Below, piece by piece: positions 27,195 to 37,821 of a stretch of DNA of 53,365 nt. Each line of letters opens with the position of its first letter. Position 1 is the first letter of the stretch. The position numbers were made by a program, and so were the translations under genes. This DNA comes from an uncultured Chlamydiae bacterium (GTDB lineage Bacteria > Chlamydiota > Chlamydiia > Chlamydiales > SM23-39), in contig CALBPE010000114.1 of NCBI GenBank assembly GCA_937899275.1, positions 1 to 53,365 on the forward strand. Reading direction: 5' to 3'. Below the pieces are notes generated by a model that saw only the letters and a list, made by a program, of their open reading frames with translations, made no database searches and had not been told where the DNA came from.

Positions 27195-27239
27195 TAGTTT
27201 TGTTCCTTTTTGTCTGCTTTCGTAATTCCCCGTACATTT

Positions 27240-27268
27240 ATTATAACAAAAAAACTTTTACAGCGCAA
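27240..27268 (-). promoter_or_regulatory. Sigma70/sigma66-type promoter for the six-gene translocator operon
   Basis: On the minus strand: TTGCGC, 17-nt spacer, TATAAT, with an extended -10 (TGtTATAAT). It lies ~45 nt upstream of the ATG at 27194. Confidence 0.5.
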
Positions 27269-27550
27269 GGTAAAAATATGACTTATCTTATTTAAATTGT
27301 TAACAGTAAAGGGTTTAATTAATTTTTGCCTCAAGAAACTGTTAGGAAAAAATGGGAGTTTTTTGCAGAAATCAGTGTGTAATTTGCATGTTTACGTGCT
27401 CCTAGAGAGGTTTTTCTATCCTATTTATAATGAGCGCTTTATGAATACACATGCTAGTAAGCACTATTTATAGTGGGGGAGCCAGACATCATCAGCCAAG
27501 TCGTAGAAGAATCTCTTATTATTCTATTTCTATAGTTATGAACATTTATA

Positions 27551-27579
27551 TTGAAATATTTAAAATTATAGTTTATAAT
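27551..27579 (+). promoter_or_regulatory. Sigma70-type promoter for the 475-aa ORF
   Basis: TTGAAA, 17-nt spacer, TATAAT in an AT-rich block. SD aaagggg and the ATG at 27597 follow. Confidence 0.45.
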
Positions 27580-27596
27580 ATAATAAAAGGGGTATT

Positions 27597-29024
27597 ATGG
27601 TTAGATTAATAATAGAGAAAACAACACCTTCTGTTCATCATGGACATGCTGCCACTCGTTCTCGTATAACAGGTCCTAGAGCATCCAGGCAGCTTAGTGA
27701 TTATGAAATTGTTTTAGAAGAAGCTCCTGTAGAAAACGCTGAAGCTATTCCTGTAGGGCCTGCGGATACGCCTCCTGCTCTTTTTTTAACTATTGGAAAA
27801 AGGGGAGAAGAAGTGCAGATGAAAGGGCGCACTTCTTCTGATCGGGCGCAGATGCAGGAAAAAATGCGCGCTCTTGAAGAAGAGTTTTTTACTGCAGTAG
27901 CTACTATCTACGAAAGAGAAATGGGAGCGGGGCACGTTTTTCAGCCCGAGCGTTTTGTGTTTTTCTCTATGAATAACTCGATTCTTACTTTTAGACGACC
28001 TGATGGGACTCTTTTTTCTGTCCACGCAAGAGAAGGGGAAATTCCTACTTTATCAGATATGAGAAATATCGTAGAAGATCACGGAAGGTATAGCTTACCG
28101 GTGAACGCATCTTCCGTTGTAAGTTACATGGCTTCATTAGATGCAGCTCCTTCTATTTTAGATCAGCCGCAATGTTACACGCCAAGGCTAAATAGCCTCT
28201 CTAAACAACGTTTCATCTCTGCAGATGGAAAATGGAACATGGCTACTTTAGAGTTTTTCGAGCATTTAGCTGGAAACCCTCTAAGGCTATTGATCGATGA
28301 TGAAGAAAAAGAGCGCACTTTTAAGGGTCTAACCGACATGTTAACAAGAGCAAAAGCTCTTAAAAGACATCTTTTAGCAGAATGCAGGCGCATGATCGGA
28401 GCGAAAGCAGCTATCCTGGAAAACGCTGCTGCGCCTCATGATGAAATTCTACAAATCCAAAGCGAAAAAGCGCATTATGAAAAAACAGCCATGGAGCTGA
28501 TGCAATTAGATCAAACCGCGCTATTTGTAGCTCTTTATACATACTATGAAACCAAAGACCTTTCCTCCATTAGAGAAATCGCTACAAAGACACAAGAAAT
28601 CGAGAGAAGGCTTGCTGCTTACGTACAGGCAAATAGCAAAAACTCCTATGTGGGGCAGGTGCCTTTACTAGGAGATGCGATGTATCATGCAGGTTCCTAC
28701 TTTTCTTTTATGAAAAGCGCAAAAGACCTTCAGCCAGAAGAGATGCGTTATGTGAAAACAGCAGTTCAGGCAGGTATCTTCAATATCGTTGCAAAAAATC
28801 GTCTCAATCAAGACTTGGCTTTAACAAAAGATAGCTGTTTAGAAAGCTTTGTCCGCGCGCTTTTACAAAACGATCACTTCGCTCTGGTTTTTAGAAAAGA
28901 AGAACGCCCCGAGGCGGTTCAAGAGTTTGATGACGCAGTGAAAACCAAGATGAACGAAACATTTCCAGATGTTTCCATGCATGCTTTTGAACGGGTCGAC
29001 ATCCACAAACGCCTTAACGCATAA
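27597..29024 (+). CDS. Hypothetical 475-aa protein, divergent from the translocator operon
   Basis: Long ORF with a strong SD. No signal peptide or TM segment. No family recognised. Confidence 0.6.
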   Translation: MVRLIIEKTTPSVHHGHAATRSRITGPRASRQLSDYEIVLEEAPVENAEAIPVGPADTPPALFLTIGKRGEEVQMKGRTSSDRAQMQEKMRALEEEFFTAVATIYEREMGAGHVFQPERFVFFSMNNSILTFRRPDGTLFSVHAREGEIPTLSDMRNIVEDHGRYSLPVNASSVVSYMASLDAAPSILDQPQCYTPRLNSLSKQRFISADGKWNMATLEFFEHLAGNPLRLLIDDEEKERTFKGLTDMLTRAKALKRHLLAECRRMIGAKAAILENAAAPHDEILQIQSEKAHYEKTAMELMQLDQTALFVALYTYYETKDLSSIREIATKTQEIERRLAAYVQANSKNSYVGQVPLLGDAMYHAGSYFSFMKSAKDLQPEEMRYVKTAVQAGIFNIVAKNRLNQDLALTKDSCLESFVRALLQNDHFALVFRKEERPEAVQEFDDAVKTKMNETFPDVSMHAFERVDIHKRLNA

Positions 29025-29044
29025 AACAAGGTACAATACAAGAT

Positions 29045-30277
29045 TTAGGCGCTTTTTTCTGTTTTTCTATGAATCACCGGATCGTTATTTCCGGTAACGG
29101 TGATTTCTTCGACAACAATTTCTTTAATTGTAGGATCAGAAGGCACTTCAAACATCAGGTCGCGAAGAAGGTTTTCCACAATCATCTTAAGCGCTCTTGC
29201 TCCTGTGTCGGTAGCTTGCGCTTTTTTCGCGATAGCGTAAAGGGCGTCTTCAGTAAAGGTCAGTTTCACCCCTTCTTCTGCAAAAAGCTGGGTATACTGC
29301 TCGATCACGGCATTTTTTGGCTCTACTAAAATCCTTTTTAAGCTATCGACATCGAGCTCATTGCAGTTAGCAATGCTATTGAATCTTCCGATGAATTCAG
29401 GGAGCATGCCGAATTCGATTAGATCTTCTGGCTCTATTTGAGAAAGAAGGAAATTCGACTCATGAGAGCTTGGTAGGTCCCGATCTGCTGTTTCAAAGCC
29501 GATGGTGCTTTTTCCTAAACGCTTGGCTACGATTTTGTCTAAATGGACAAAAGCGCCGCCAACGATAAACAAGATGTTTTGTGTATTGACTTTGATGTAC
29601 TCTTGGTTGGGATGTTTTCTTCCTCCTTTAGGGGGAACGCTTGCAACGGTTCCTTCTACGATTTTTAAAAGAGCTTGTTGGACTCCTTCTCCAGATACAT
29701 CTCTTGTGATCGAAACATTACCACTTGTTTTTCGAATTTTATCGATCTCATCTATATAAATGATGCCCATTTCTGCTTTTGCTACATCGTAATCTGCAGC
29801 CTGCAAAAGACGCAGTATGATGTTTTCTACGTCTTCTCCCACATAACCAGCTTCTGTTAATGTGGTCGCATCGGTAATCGCAAAAGGAACATCTAAAATA
29901 CGGGCAAGTGTTCGGGCAATCAGAGTTTTCCCAGAGCCTGTAGGGCCAACGAGCATCACATTTGATTTAGAGTACTCTATGCCGGTATCTTTTGACATAG
30001 ATCGGATCCGCTTATAGTGGTTGTAGACCCCTACAGCAATGGTTCTTTTAGCAAGTTCTTGGCCGATGATGTATTCATCGAGTTTGTCTTTGATTTCTTT
30101 TGGTTTGAGCAGTTGAAACTCTGTAGGAGCTGGTTTTTTCTTTACGATATCTAAGCATAAATAGACGCATTTATCGCAAATGTAGGCGTTTGGCCCTGAA
30201 ATCAACTTTTCTACGTTTTCTTCCGTTCTACCGCAGAAAGAACATGCGGTGGGAAGTTCTTGTTTTTTGCTCGACAT
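29045..30277 (-). CDS. clpX: ATP-dependent Clp protease ATP-binding subunit ClpX
   Basis: N-terminal zinc ribbon [30 protein letters not shown]. Walker [12 protein letters not shown]. Walker [11 protein letters not shown]. 410 aa. Confidence 0.97.
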   Translation of the reverse strand: MSSKKQELPTACSFCGRTEENVEKLISGPNAYICDKCVYLCLDIVKKKPAPTEFQLLKPKEIKDKLDEYIIGQELAKRTIAVGVYNHYKRIRSMSKDTGIEYSKSNVMLVGPTGSGKTLIARTLARILDVPFAITDATTLTEAGYVGEDVENIILRLLQAADYDVAKAEMGIIYIDEIDKIRKTSGNVSITRDVSGEGVQQALLKIVEGTVASVPPKGGRKHPNQEYIKVNTQNILFIVGGAFVHLDKIVAKRLGKSTIGFETADRDLPSSHESNFLLSQIEPEDLIEFGMLPEFIGRFNSIANCNELDVDSLKRILVEPKNAVIEQYTQLFAEEGVKLTFTEDALYAIAKKAQATDTGARALKMIVENLLRDLMFEVPSDPTIKEIVVEEITVTGNNDPVIHRKTEKSA

Positions 30278-30946
30278 TTAGACACTTGCCTCAATTTCTT
30301 GTTCTACTTTTTTCGGCTGGGCGATTTCATCAATTAGCCCATATTCTTTTGCTTCAGATGCGCTCATCCAGAAATCTCTTTCAGCGTCTTTGATGACTTT
30401 AGCGATATCTTGCCCGGTAAATTGCGCTAAGAGTTTTGAAGTGAGCTTTTTTAGTTCTAAAATTTCCTTTGCCTGAATTTTGATATCAGCAGAACTTCCT
30501 CCAACGCCGCCGTAGGGCTGGTGTAGCATGATCCTGCTGTTGGGAAGGGCAAAGCGTTTTCCTTTAGTGCCTGCTGCAATCAAAAGAGCTGCCATCGACA
30601 CAACCTGACCTATGCAATAGGTGTTGATCGTGCAACCTAAAAAAAGCATGGTATCTAAAATGGCTAAGCCTGCAGAAATCAAACCACCAGGGGAATTGAT
30701 GTATAAGTTGATGTCTTTTTTGGGATCTTCCATTTTTAGAAAAAGCATCTGAGCGATGACCACATTTGCTACTTGATCGCTGATTTCTGTGCCAATAAAA
30801 ATAATCCGATCTTTAAGAAGACGGGAAAAGATATCCATAGATCTTTCACCTCTTCCCGTATCTTCAATGACGTAGGGTGTAAGAGACATTTTGGGTCTAG
30901 AATCTTTAAAAGACATAGCAACTTCCTTCTGTTTTCGATGATCCAA
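30278..30946 (-). CDS. clpP: ATP-dependent Clp protease proteolytic subunit ClpP
   Basis: [28 protein letters not shown], catalytic Ser context [10 protein letters not shown], and His context IMLHQP. The true start may be an internal Met (30916 or 30889). The stop abuts the clpX ATG. Confidence 0.93.
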   Translation of the reverse strand: MDHRKQKEVAMSFKDSRPKMSLTPYVIEDTGRGERSMDIFSRLLKDRIIFIGTEISDQVANVVIAQMLFLKMEDPKKDINLYINSPGGLISAGLAILDTMLFLGCTINTYCIGQVVSMAALLIAAGTKGKRFALPNSRIMLHQPYGGVGGSSADIKIQAKEILELKKLTSKLLAQFTGQDIAKVIKDAERDFWMSASEAKEYGLIDEIAQPKKVEQEIEASV

Positions 30947-30970
30947 GTAAAAAAGAGCGGGAAATTTTTG

Positions 30971-32434
30971 TCAAACCTTTGCTGCCGGAGTCTTTTTTGC
31001 TTGGGTAGCTGAGCTTTGTATGCAATCTTGCGCCTTGCGTAAAATGACTTTGGAAAGAGCTAGAGCAAAGACTTCTTGTGGTATATCTTGTGCATTTACC
31101 CTTACAGGGCCAAAGGTTTGTAAAGTTCGTTTTGCTTCTTGCTCGACTTCAGCTTTTGTCACTTGGATGCCGCTGTCGCGAACAATTGCTCTAGATAAAT
31201 AAAATAAACGGACAGCTTCCTCTGATTGGCTGGTGATTTCAAGGTCCATCGCTTTTTTTTCTTCTGCAGAAAAATTCTCGATTTGCTTTGACCTTGTTTG
31301 ATCTTGTAGGATTTGCTTTTTTCGGTGGTTTTTTTCTGCCTCAATTAGAGATTGAGGCATATCGAAGGGGTATTGATCCAGTAAGAAGCGGTTGATCGCT
31401 TCTCTTTGCTCTTGGTCGTGCTTTTCTACTGCTTTTTGCTGCAGGAGATTTTTTAAGTAGTCTTTTAGCTTGTCGACTGTTTCAGCACCTGCTTTTTTAG
31501 CAAAAGCATCATCGAATGGGGGAAGATCTGCTTCTTCGACTTTTTTAATCGTAAGAACGACATCTTTTTTCTCCATTGATTCGCTTTCTTCACCCTCCTT
31601 TTTGTCTTCTTTAGGATCGCTGACGCCTTTTAATACGTCGCCTGCTTTTTTTCCTAAAACAAGTTTTTTCATCCAGCCAGCCATGTGCGTATCAGAAACC
31701 TCAAATCTGGTATCTGCAAATACTTTTTCTCCAGGATTATCCGCTGTTTCTAGATCGATGATGATGAAGTCATTTTCTTGAATACCTCGGTCGATTACAG
31801 GATTCCATTTAGCGTAGAAAAAGCGCATTTGTTTAATGGCTTCTTCTAGTTCTTTTTCACCGATTTCTTGAGGCTTTTCTTCACTTACCTGAAACGCAGT
31901 AGCATCAACTTTCGGAATAATTGGATCTGTCTCGTAACTAAATAAAAAAACAGGAGATGCAGGATCAGAAGATTTTAAAGAAAAGGAGACTTTGCTTTGA
32001 TCATTTAGTAAAGGGATTTTGATGAGCTGCATTGAAGCTCTAAAGGCAAGCTCTGCAGCTTCTGTTTTTGCTTGTTCTTGGATCGCATGGCCATATTTTT
32101 TTTCGACCATTTGTTTTGGAACTTTTCCTTTGCGAAAGCCTGGTAAAGAGATGTCTTTGCGCACTTTTTTTAAAGCGAGATCTTCTGCTTTTTTGAGAAG
32201 TATTTCTGTAGGAGTCGTTTCAAGAGAGACGATACAAGAAGATTTTCTTTCGAGTACAACGGCTACCTCATCATTTTGAAACGTTTCTAAAGCGGGAGTT
32301 TCTGGTCTTGGAGTAGCTTCAGGTTTTGTCTCTACTTTCGTTTTTCCCTTTAACGGAGTTTTTTTAGGAGGGGAAGATTCCTTCGGAGGTGTTTTTTTGC
32401 GGGGAACTTTAGGAGACTTATTTTTTTCCGTCAC
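30971..32434 (-). CDS. tig: Trigger factor with an unusual K/P/T-rich N-terminal extension
   Basis: 487 aa. GFRKGKVPKQMVEKKYG is the ribosome-binding signature region. It sits at the tig-clpP-clpX synteny position. The first ~55 aa are PKVPRKKTPPKESSPPKKTPLKGKTKVETKPEATPRPETP. Confidence 0.9.
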   Translation of the reverse strand: MTEKNKSPKVPRKKTPPKESSPPKKTPLKGKTKVETKPEATPRPETPALETFQNDEVAVVLERKSSCIVSLETTPTEILLKKAEDLALKKVRKDISLPGFRKGKVPKQMVEKKYGHAIQEQAKTEAAELAFRASMQLIKIPLLNDQSKVSFSLKSSDPASPVFLFSYETDPIIPKVDATAFQVSEEKPQEIGEKELEEAIKQMRFFYAKWNPVIDRGIQENDFIIIDLETADNPGEKVFADTRFEVSDTHMAGWMKKLVLGKKAGDVLKGVSDPKEDKKEGEESESMEKKDVVLTIKKVEEADLPPFDDAFAKKAGAETVDKLKDYLKNLLQQKAVEKHDQEQREAINRFLLDQYPFDMPQSLIEAEKNHRKKQILQDQTRSKQIENFSAEEKKAMDLEITSQSEEAVRLFYLSRAIVRDSGIQVTKAEVEQEAKRTLQTFGPVRVNAQDIPQEVFALALSKVILRKAQDCIQSSATQAKKTPAAKV

Positions 32435-32462
32435 AGATGGCTGCCTTTATGTTGAAATTAAA

Positions 32463-32534
32463 AGCGGATGATGAGATTCGAACTCACGACCCTCACGTTG
32501 GCAACGTGATGCTCTACCACTGAGCTACATCCGC
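32463..32534 (-). tRNA. tRNA-Gly (anticodon GCC)
   Basis: The reverse complement GCGGATGTAGCTCAGTGGTAGAGCATCACGTTGCCAACGTGAGGGTCGTGAGTTCGAATCTCATCATCCGCT folds as a cloverleaf. The anticodon loop is TTGCCAA and the T-loop is TTCGAAT. CCA is not encoded. Confidence 0.92.
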
Positions 32535-32743
32535 ACTTGTAGTCAATACACTATAGAAAAAGGAAGCTTTTAAATCAACTAGACCTTTGCTGTAAAGGGT
32601 ACTTTTTCAATGGTATATAGGCTGCATTCTTAATGCCTCCTATGTGTAAAAAAAAACTCTAATTTTTCCTTGCTCTCCTAAACCGAAACCGGTAAAAACG
32701 GAATATACACCTATTAATTCTATATTTACATGGAACCAAAGAC

Positions 32744-35700
32744 ATGTTGAATTTTCGCAAGCTTAAGCAAGATTTCGCCTCAAATATTTTAAAAGAAGGA
32801 AAACAGCTGTACCAGTCACAAAAAGTGGTGTCGGCAAAGATCCTTCGCTTAGAAAGCGATGTGATCCGGATTGGAGCGAAAGTTTTGGGTAAGTATGATA
32901 ACACCTATTCTTGTGAAATGGAGATCGATCGTTTTGAGTCTGAAGTGGTGCACTCGAACTGTGACTGCTCTTACCGCTACGACTGCCAACACTTAGCTGC
33001 TTTGGTCTTTTTTATTGAGGAAAAGCTCGATTCTTTAATCGTAGACTACTCAAAAGAAGCCTCTTTAGAAGAGAAAAGTGATCAAGAAGAAACAAGAGCT
33101 CTACTTAAAACCATTGAAGTTGCAAAAACCAAAGAAGTGGAAAAGCGGGATCTACTCCAGCAAAAGCAAGTGCTGCAAGAATACAAAACTGCAGCAAAAG
33201 TGCTATCCATGTCCCCATTTTTCTTGCCAAGTGAAGACAACGTCTTTGTGCAAGCAGAATTATTGATGCTTTTCAATCCCCAGTCTTTGCAGAAAAAAGG
33301 GAAAAAAGTAGAGCTACAAATTGCGCTTAGGCTCCCTTTTCGCTCGAAGCCTTTACAAATTGCTAATATTGCAGTGTTTATGGAAGCTCTTCGGTATGAA
33401 GAGACGATCTTAATTGGGGGAAAACGCTACTTTTTTTCGCTGAACTCATTTTCTGATATCGATGCAAAAGTATTGAAGCTTTTACTCAGCTACGCAGAAA
33501 TGCCTAGCCCCCTTTGTCGCAATAAACGCTCTTTTTTCATGGATAGCGATCAGTTTGGTATGCTTCTTTCGCTTGTCTATGATAATTTGCTGAAAATCAA
33601 AACAAAAGCGTTTACCTCACGTTTAGAAGAAAGCGGCTCTATGCCTTGCATCTTTGTAGGTAACTTAGAAACGCCTTTGAAATACTCTTTTTCGACAGCT
33701 ATTTTCCGCTTTATTTTAGAATATATAGATTCTCCTTCTGCTAAAGTGTTTGTAAAACCGATGCTTCTTTTAGGGCAAGAAGAGGTGCATGTTGAAGAAG
33801 CTTGCTTGTTTTCTTCTTCTCTTCCAGGGTTGATCTATGAAAATACATTTTTTCGCTTCCCAAAACACATCAAAAGAACGCATTTAAAAGAAGTGCTGTC
33901 GATCCGAGAGATGACGATTCCAGAGCCTTTATTTGGGACATTTGTAGAAGACTCTTTGCCTGAGCTAAAACGCTATGGAGAAGTGGTAGATAAAAACGTT
34001 TTAGAAAAATTTGTCACTCTGCCGTTTACAGGGGAGATGAGCGCTGTTTGTAAACTTTCTTACCTAGATGGAGAGCTCGATGCGAGCGTCGATTTCATCT
34101 ACGATCAGACGGCTGTTCCCGCTAGTGTAGAGCGCCTTTCTTTTGAACAAGTGGAAGCGTTTGTGGCAGGTGAGGGGATTTTAGCCAGAAACCTTGCAAA
34201 AGAAAGAAAAATTGTAGAAGAGCTTTTCCAAGATTTTATTCCCGATCCGAAAACGGGAACCTTTTCTCTAAAAATTGAGAAAAAAATTGTGGAGTTCATG
34301 ACAGGTGCGGTACCAAAAAATCAGCACCGGATCCAGTTTCACTGTCCAGAAAATCTGTTAGAACAGTTCATTTATGACAAAACAACATTCAAAATCGAGT
34401 TAGATCTATCGAAAAAAGCAGGATATTACCAGTTAAAGTTAGTGGTAGATGGTCCTTTGAAAGGAGTAAGGCTTGATCTACTTTGGGATTGCATCGCGTC
34501 AAAACGCTCTTTTATCGAGCTGCAAAAGGCTAAAGGGCAAATTGAGGGGCAAAGATTTTCTAGGATTTTAGTGCTCGATTTAGAAAAGATGGCTCACCTT
34601 GTCCAAATTTTTGATGAGCTGGGGATTCAAAAGATTTCTTCCTTTACTGAAGACCGGCCTCTTTGGAGCTTAATCGGTATTGAAGAGTCTACGTTCCAAG
34701 ATCTCCCTGTATCGTATTCTATGAGCGGAGGGTTAGCCGAGGTAAAAGCGCAGATTTTAGGCGAAAAGAAAATTGCTTTAGATCCTTTTCCAAAGGATGT
34801 AAAAGCTGATTTGCGCAGCTATCAAAAAGAGGGGGTAGACTGGCTCAATACTCTTAGGAAAATGTATTTAAATGGCGTGCTTGCCGATGATATGGGGCTT
34901 GGTAAAACCCTGCAGGCAATTACTGCTATTTCTCAGGTTAAAACGCAAATGGATCAGGCAACTTCGATCATTGTTTGCCCCACTTCGCTTTTGTATAACT
35001 GGAAAGAAGAATTTCATAAATTTAATCCCAATATACGTGTCGCTGTGATCGATGGGATTCCCTCAGCTCGGAAAAAGCTGATTGAAGCGGTAGATACATG
35101 GGATATTGTCATTACCTCTTATACGCTGCTGCAAAAAGATATTGCCCTTTATGAACACTTCGTTTTTGCCTACGCCATTTTAGATGAAGCGCAGCATATT
35201 AAAAACCGGGGCACAAGAAATGCAAAATCGGTCAAAATGCTTCAGTCGGTCCACAGACTTGCTTTAAGCGGTACGCCTATTGAAAATTCTTTAGAGGATC
35301 TATGGAGCATTTTCGATTTTCTTATGCCAGGGCTTTTATCCACATTTGAGCGGTTCTCTGAAAAATATGTCCGCGCTCCCAAAGAAGAACAAGGGGAAAA
35401 TATAGAGCATCTCAAAAGGAAAATCGCGCCCTTTATTTTACGACGGATGAAAGAAGATGTGCTTAAAGAATTGCCTCCTGTAGAAGAAATTGAATACCAC
35501 TGCCAGCTGTCTGATGTGCAAATGGAGCTATACACCTCGTATGCAAGATCGGCAAAAAGCGAGCTTGAAAAATTAGTAGAAAGAGATGGATTTGATAAAG
35601 TCCATATCCACGTTCTTGCGACTTTAACCCGGTTAAAGCAGATCTGTTGCCATCCTGCAATTTTTGCGAAAGAAACCGCAGAGCCGAACGATTCAGCAAA

Positions 35701-36202
35701 ATATGAAATGTTATTAGAGCTTCTCCAGACCTTAGTAGAGGCAAATCACAAAACAGTGATTTTTAGCCAATACACCCGGATGCTCGAGATCATGCGCAAC
35801 GATTTTGCACACAAAGGCATCCGATTTTCTTATTTAGACGGTTCGAGTAAAAACCGGCTGCAAATCGTCAAAGAGTTCAATGAAAACCCCGATATACCCG
35901 TGTTTCTCGTTTCACTCAGGGCAGGGGGTACAGGTCTCAATTTAGTAGGGGCAGATACCGTTATTCACTACGACATGTGGTGGAATCCAGGCGTGCAAAG
36001 CCAAGCCACCGACCGCGTCCACCGCATGGGGCAAAAACGTTCGGTTTCTTCTTATAAATTGATCACGCAAAATACCATTGAGAAAAAGATCTTAGATATG
36101 CAGAAAAGAAAAAAAGGACTCGTCAAGAAAGTGGTAAGTTGCGATGATGAGATTATGAGTAAACTTACCTGGGAAGATGTGCTAGAACTTCTACAGACAT
36201 AA
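32744..36202 (+). CDS. SWIM-zinc-finger SNF2-family helicase (RapA/HepA-like; CT708-like)
   Basis: 1152 aa. SWIM finger [17 protein letters not shown] near the N-terminus. SNF2 motifs [12 protein letters not shown] (I), [10 protein letters not shown] (II) and [13 protein letters not shown] (VI). Confidence 0.93.
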   Translation: MLNFRKLKQDFASNILKEGKQLYQSQKVVSAKILRLESDVIRIGAKVLGKYDNTYSCEMEIDRFESEVVHSNCDCSYRYDCQHLAALVFFIEEKLDSLIVDYSKEASLEEKSDQEETRALLKTIEVAKTKEVEKRDLLQQKQVLQEYKTAAKVLSMSPFFLPSEDNVFVQAELLMLFNPQSLQKKGKKVELQIALRLPFRSKPLQIANIAVFMEALRYEETILIGGKRYFFSLNSFSDIDAKVLKLLLSYAEMPSPLCRNKRSFFMDSDQFGMLLSLVYDNLLKIKTKAFTSRLEESGSMPCIFVGNLETPLKYSFSTAIFRFILEYIDSPSAKVFVKPMLLLGQEEVHVEEACLFSSSLPGLIYENTFFRFPKHIKRTHLKEVLSIREMTIPEPLFGTFVEDSLPELKRYGEVVDKNVLEKFVTLPFTGEMSAVCKLSYLDGELDASVDFIYDQTAVPASVERLSFEQVEAFVAGEGILARNLAKERKIVEELFQDFIPDPKTGTFSLKIEKKIVEFMTGAVPKNQHRIQFHCPENLLEQFIYDKTTFKIELDLSKKAGYYQLKLVVDGPLKGVRLDLLWDCIASKRSFIELQKAKGQIEGQRFSRILVLDLEKMAHLVQIFDELGIQKISSFTEDRPLWSLIGIEESTFQDLPVSYSMSGGLAEVKAQILGEKKIALDPFPKDVKADLRSYQKEGVDWLNTLRKMYLNGVLADDMGLGKTLQAITAISQVKTQMDQATSIIVCPTSLLYNWKEEFHKFNPNIRVAVIDGIPSARKKLIEAVDTWDIVITSYTLLQKDIALYEHFVFAYAILDEAQHIKNRGTRNAKSVKMLQSVHRLALSGTPIENSLEDLWSIFDFLMPGLLSTFERFSEKYVRAPKEEQGENIEHLKRKIAPFILRRMKEDVLKELPPVEEIEYHCQLSDVQMELYTSYARSAKSELEKLVERDGFDKVHIHVLATLTRLKQICCHPAIFAKETAEPNDSAKYEMLLELLQTLVEANHKTVIFSQYTRMLEIMRNDFAHKGIRFSYLDGSSKNRLQIVKEFNENPDIPVFLVSLRAGGTGLNLVGADTVIHYDMWWNPGVQSQATDRVHRMGQKRSVSSYKLITQNTIEKKILDMQKRKKGLVKKVVSCDDEIMSKLTWEDVLELLQT

Positions 36203-36215
36203 CATCATCAAGGCC

Positions 36216-37295
36216 ATGAGTCCATTTGCAAAAGATCTTGTGAAAAAGCTTCTCGACCAAGCGAAGACACACGTTAAAGAAAAATACAACCGACTATCGA
36301 TCCTCTTTTCTAGCGACATTGGAATAGATCTTGGCACTGCCAACACACTTGTCTACGTCAAAGGAAAAGGAATTGTATTAGCAGAGCCTTCCGTAGTTGC
36401 GGTAGATTCTCTAACAAATGAAGTGCTTGCCGTAGGGCATACAGCGAAAGCGATGCTCGGCAAAACTCCAAGAAAAATCCATGCTGTTCGCCCCATGAAA
36501 GATGGGGTTATCGCCGATTTTGAAATCGCTGAGGGGATGTTAAAAGCCCTTATTAAGCGGGTCAATCCTTCAAGAAGCTTGTTTCGTCCTAAAATATTAA
36601 TAGCTGTTCCCTCAGGTATTACCGGAGTGGAAAAACGGGCTGTTGAAGATTCCGCTCTTCATGCAGGCGCGCAAGAAGTCGTGCTTATTGAAGAACCTAT
36701 GGCAGCTGCTATAGGAGTGGGTCTTCCTGTGCATGAGCCTTCTGCTAATCTCATCATCGATATTGGCGGGGGTACAACAGAAATCGCAATCATTTCTTTA
36801 GGCGGTATAGTCGAGTCCCGCTCTCTTCGGATCGCAGGTGATGAGTTTGATGACTGCATCATGAATTACATGAGAAGAACGTACAACCTCATGGTTGGAC
36901 CAAGAACAGCAGAAGATATCAAAATGACCATTGGATCTGCGTATCCTTTAGGTGATAACGAGCTAGAAATGGTAGTTCGGGGAAGAGACCAAGTAGCGGG
37001 TCTTCCCATCACAAAATGAATCAATTCGGTAGATATCCGAGAATGTTTAGCAGAGCCCATCCAACAGGTTATTGAAAGTGTGAAGCTCACACTAGAAAAT
37101 TGTCCTCCAGAGCTTGCTGCAGACCTTGTAGAAAGAGGGATGGTTTTAGCAGGTGGAGGCGCTTTGATCAAAGGCTTAGATAAAGCGCTGATTAAAGAAA
37201 CAGGCCTTCCTGTATTTGTTGCTGATAGCGCTAGTCGTGGCGAGAGTTTTGGGACTGGTAGAGCTATAGACTGGCTTGAGCGGTGTTCGCGTTAA
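36216..37295 (+). pseudogene. mreB: Rod-shape/division actin homolog MreB interrupted by an in-frame TGA at 37017-37019
   Basis: [27 protein letters not shown] and [11 protein letters not shown] motifs lie in ORF 36216-37019. The same frame continues after the TGA with INSVDIRECLAEPIQQVIESVKLTLENCPPELAADLVERGMVLAGGGALIKGLD up to the TAA at 37293-37295. 36216 and 37080 are both 0 mod 3. Confidence 0.85.
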
Positions 37296-37403
37296 AAAGC
37301 TCCTGAAGTGTGAAGTTCTCCACTTTGAACATCCCTTAGTATATTTTAGAAGATTTTTATTGAACTTTCTGTTATGATTAATAAAAATATAAGGAATCTA
37401 TCT

Positions 37404-37820
37404 ATGGAAAAGACATTATCATTGATTAAACCAGATGCTACTTCTAAACAAGTCATGGGCAAAATCATTGCTCGATTTGAACAAGAAGGTCTTTCTGTTG
37501 TAGCTATGAAAATGCTCCGGTTATCAAAAGAACGTGCAGCAGAATTTTATGCAATTCATAGCCATTTGCCGTTTTTTGGTGAACTTGTCTCTTTTATGTC
37601 TTCTGGTCCTATCATCGCTTTAGTTCTACAAGGAGCAGATGGGGTAAAAAGAAACCGGGAAATTATGGGAGCAACCGATCCTAAAAAAGCAGAAGAAGGA
37701 TCTCTTCGCAAGCTGTATGGAACCAACGTTGGGGAAAACGCAGTCCACGGATCTGATAGCTTAGAAAATGCAAAAAAAGAGATCGCATTTTTCTTTGATC
37801 TTAGTGAAATCTACGCGTAA
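37404..37820 (+). CDS. ndk: Nucleoside diphosphate kinase
   Basis: MEKTLSLIKPDA...ARFEQEGL...NAVHGSDS (catalytic His). The ORF opens at 37374, but the Met at 37404 matches the usual N-terminus. Confidence 0.93.
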   Translation: MEKTLSLIKPDATSKQVMGKIIARFEQEGLSVVAMKMLRLSKERAAEFYAIHSHLPFFGELVSFMSSGPIIALVLQGADGVKRNREIMGATDPKKAEEGSLRKLYGTNVGENAVHGSDSLENAKKEIAFFFDLSEIYA

Positions 37821-37821
37821 G

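Noticed and set aside
37017-37019. TGA in mreB as selenocysteine or Trp recoding.
   Set aside because: TGA terminates other well-defined genes here (hipA, the SNF2 fragment). The aligned position in other MreBs, as I recall, is a variable residue rather than Cys or Trp. No obvious stem-loop follows immediately downstream. The other interrupted genes use TAA and TAG.
37220-37260. Possible compensating frameshifts in the mreB C-terminus. In frame it reads ADSASRGESFGTGRAID instead of the usual (E/D)DPLxCVARGxGxAL, while an alternative frame reads IALVVAR.
   Set aside because: Restoring the consensus would need a ~5-nt loss plus a 5-nt gain. The in-frame reading aligns without gaps and keeps GTG. 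A 7-residue resemblance in another frame can be chance. It is noted only as a reason to re-check this gene.
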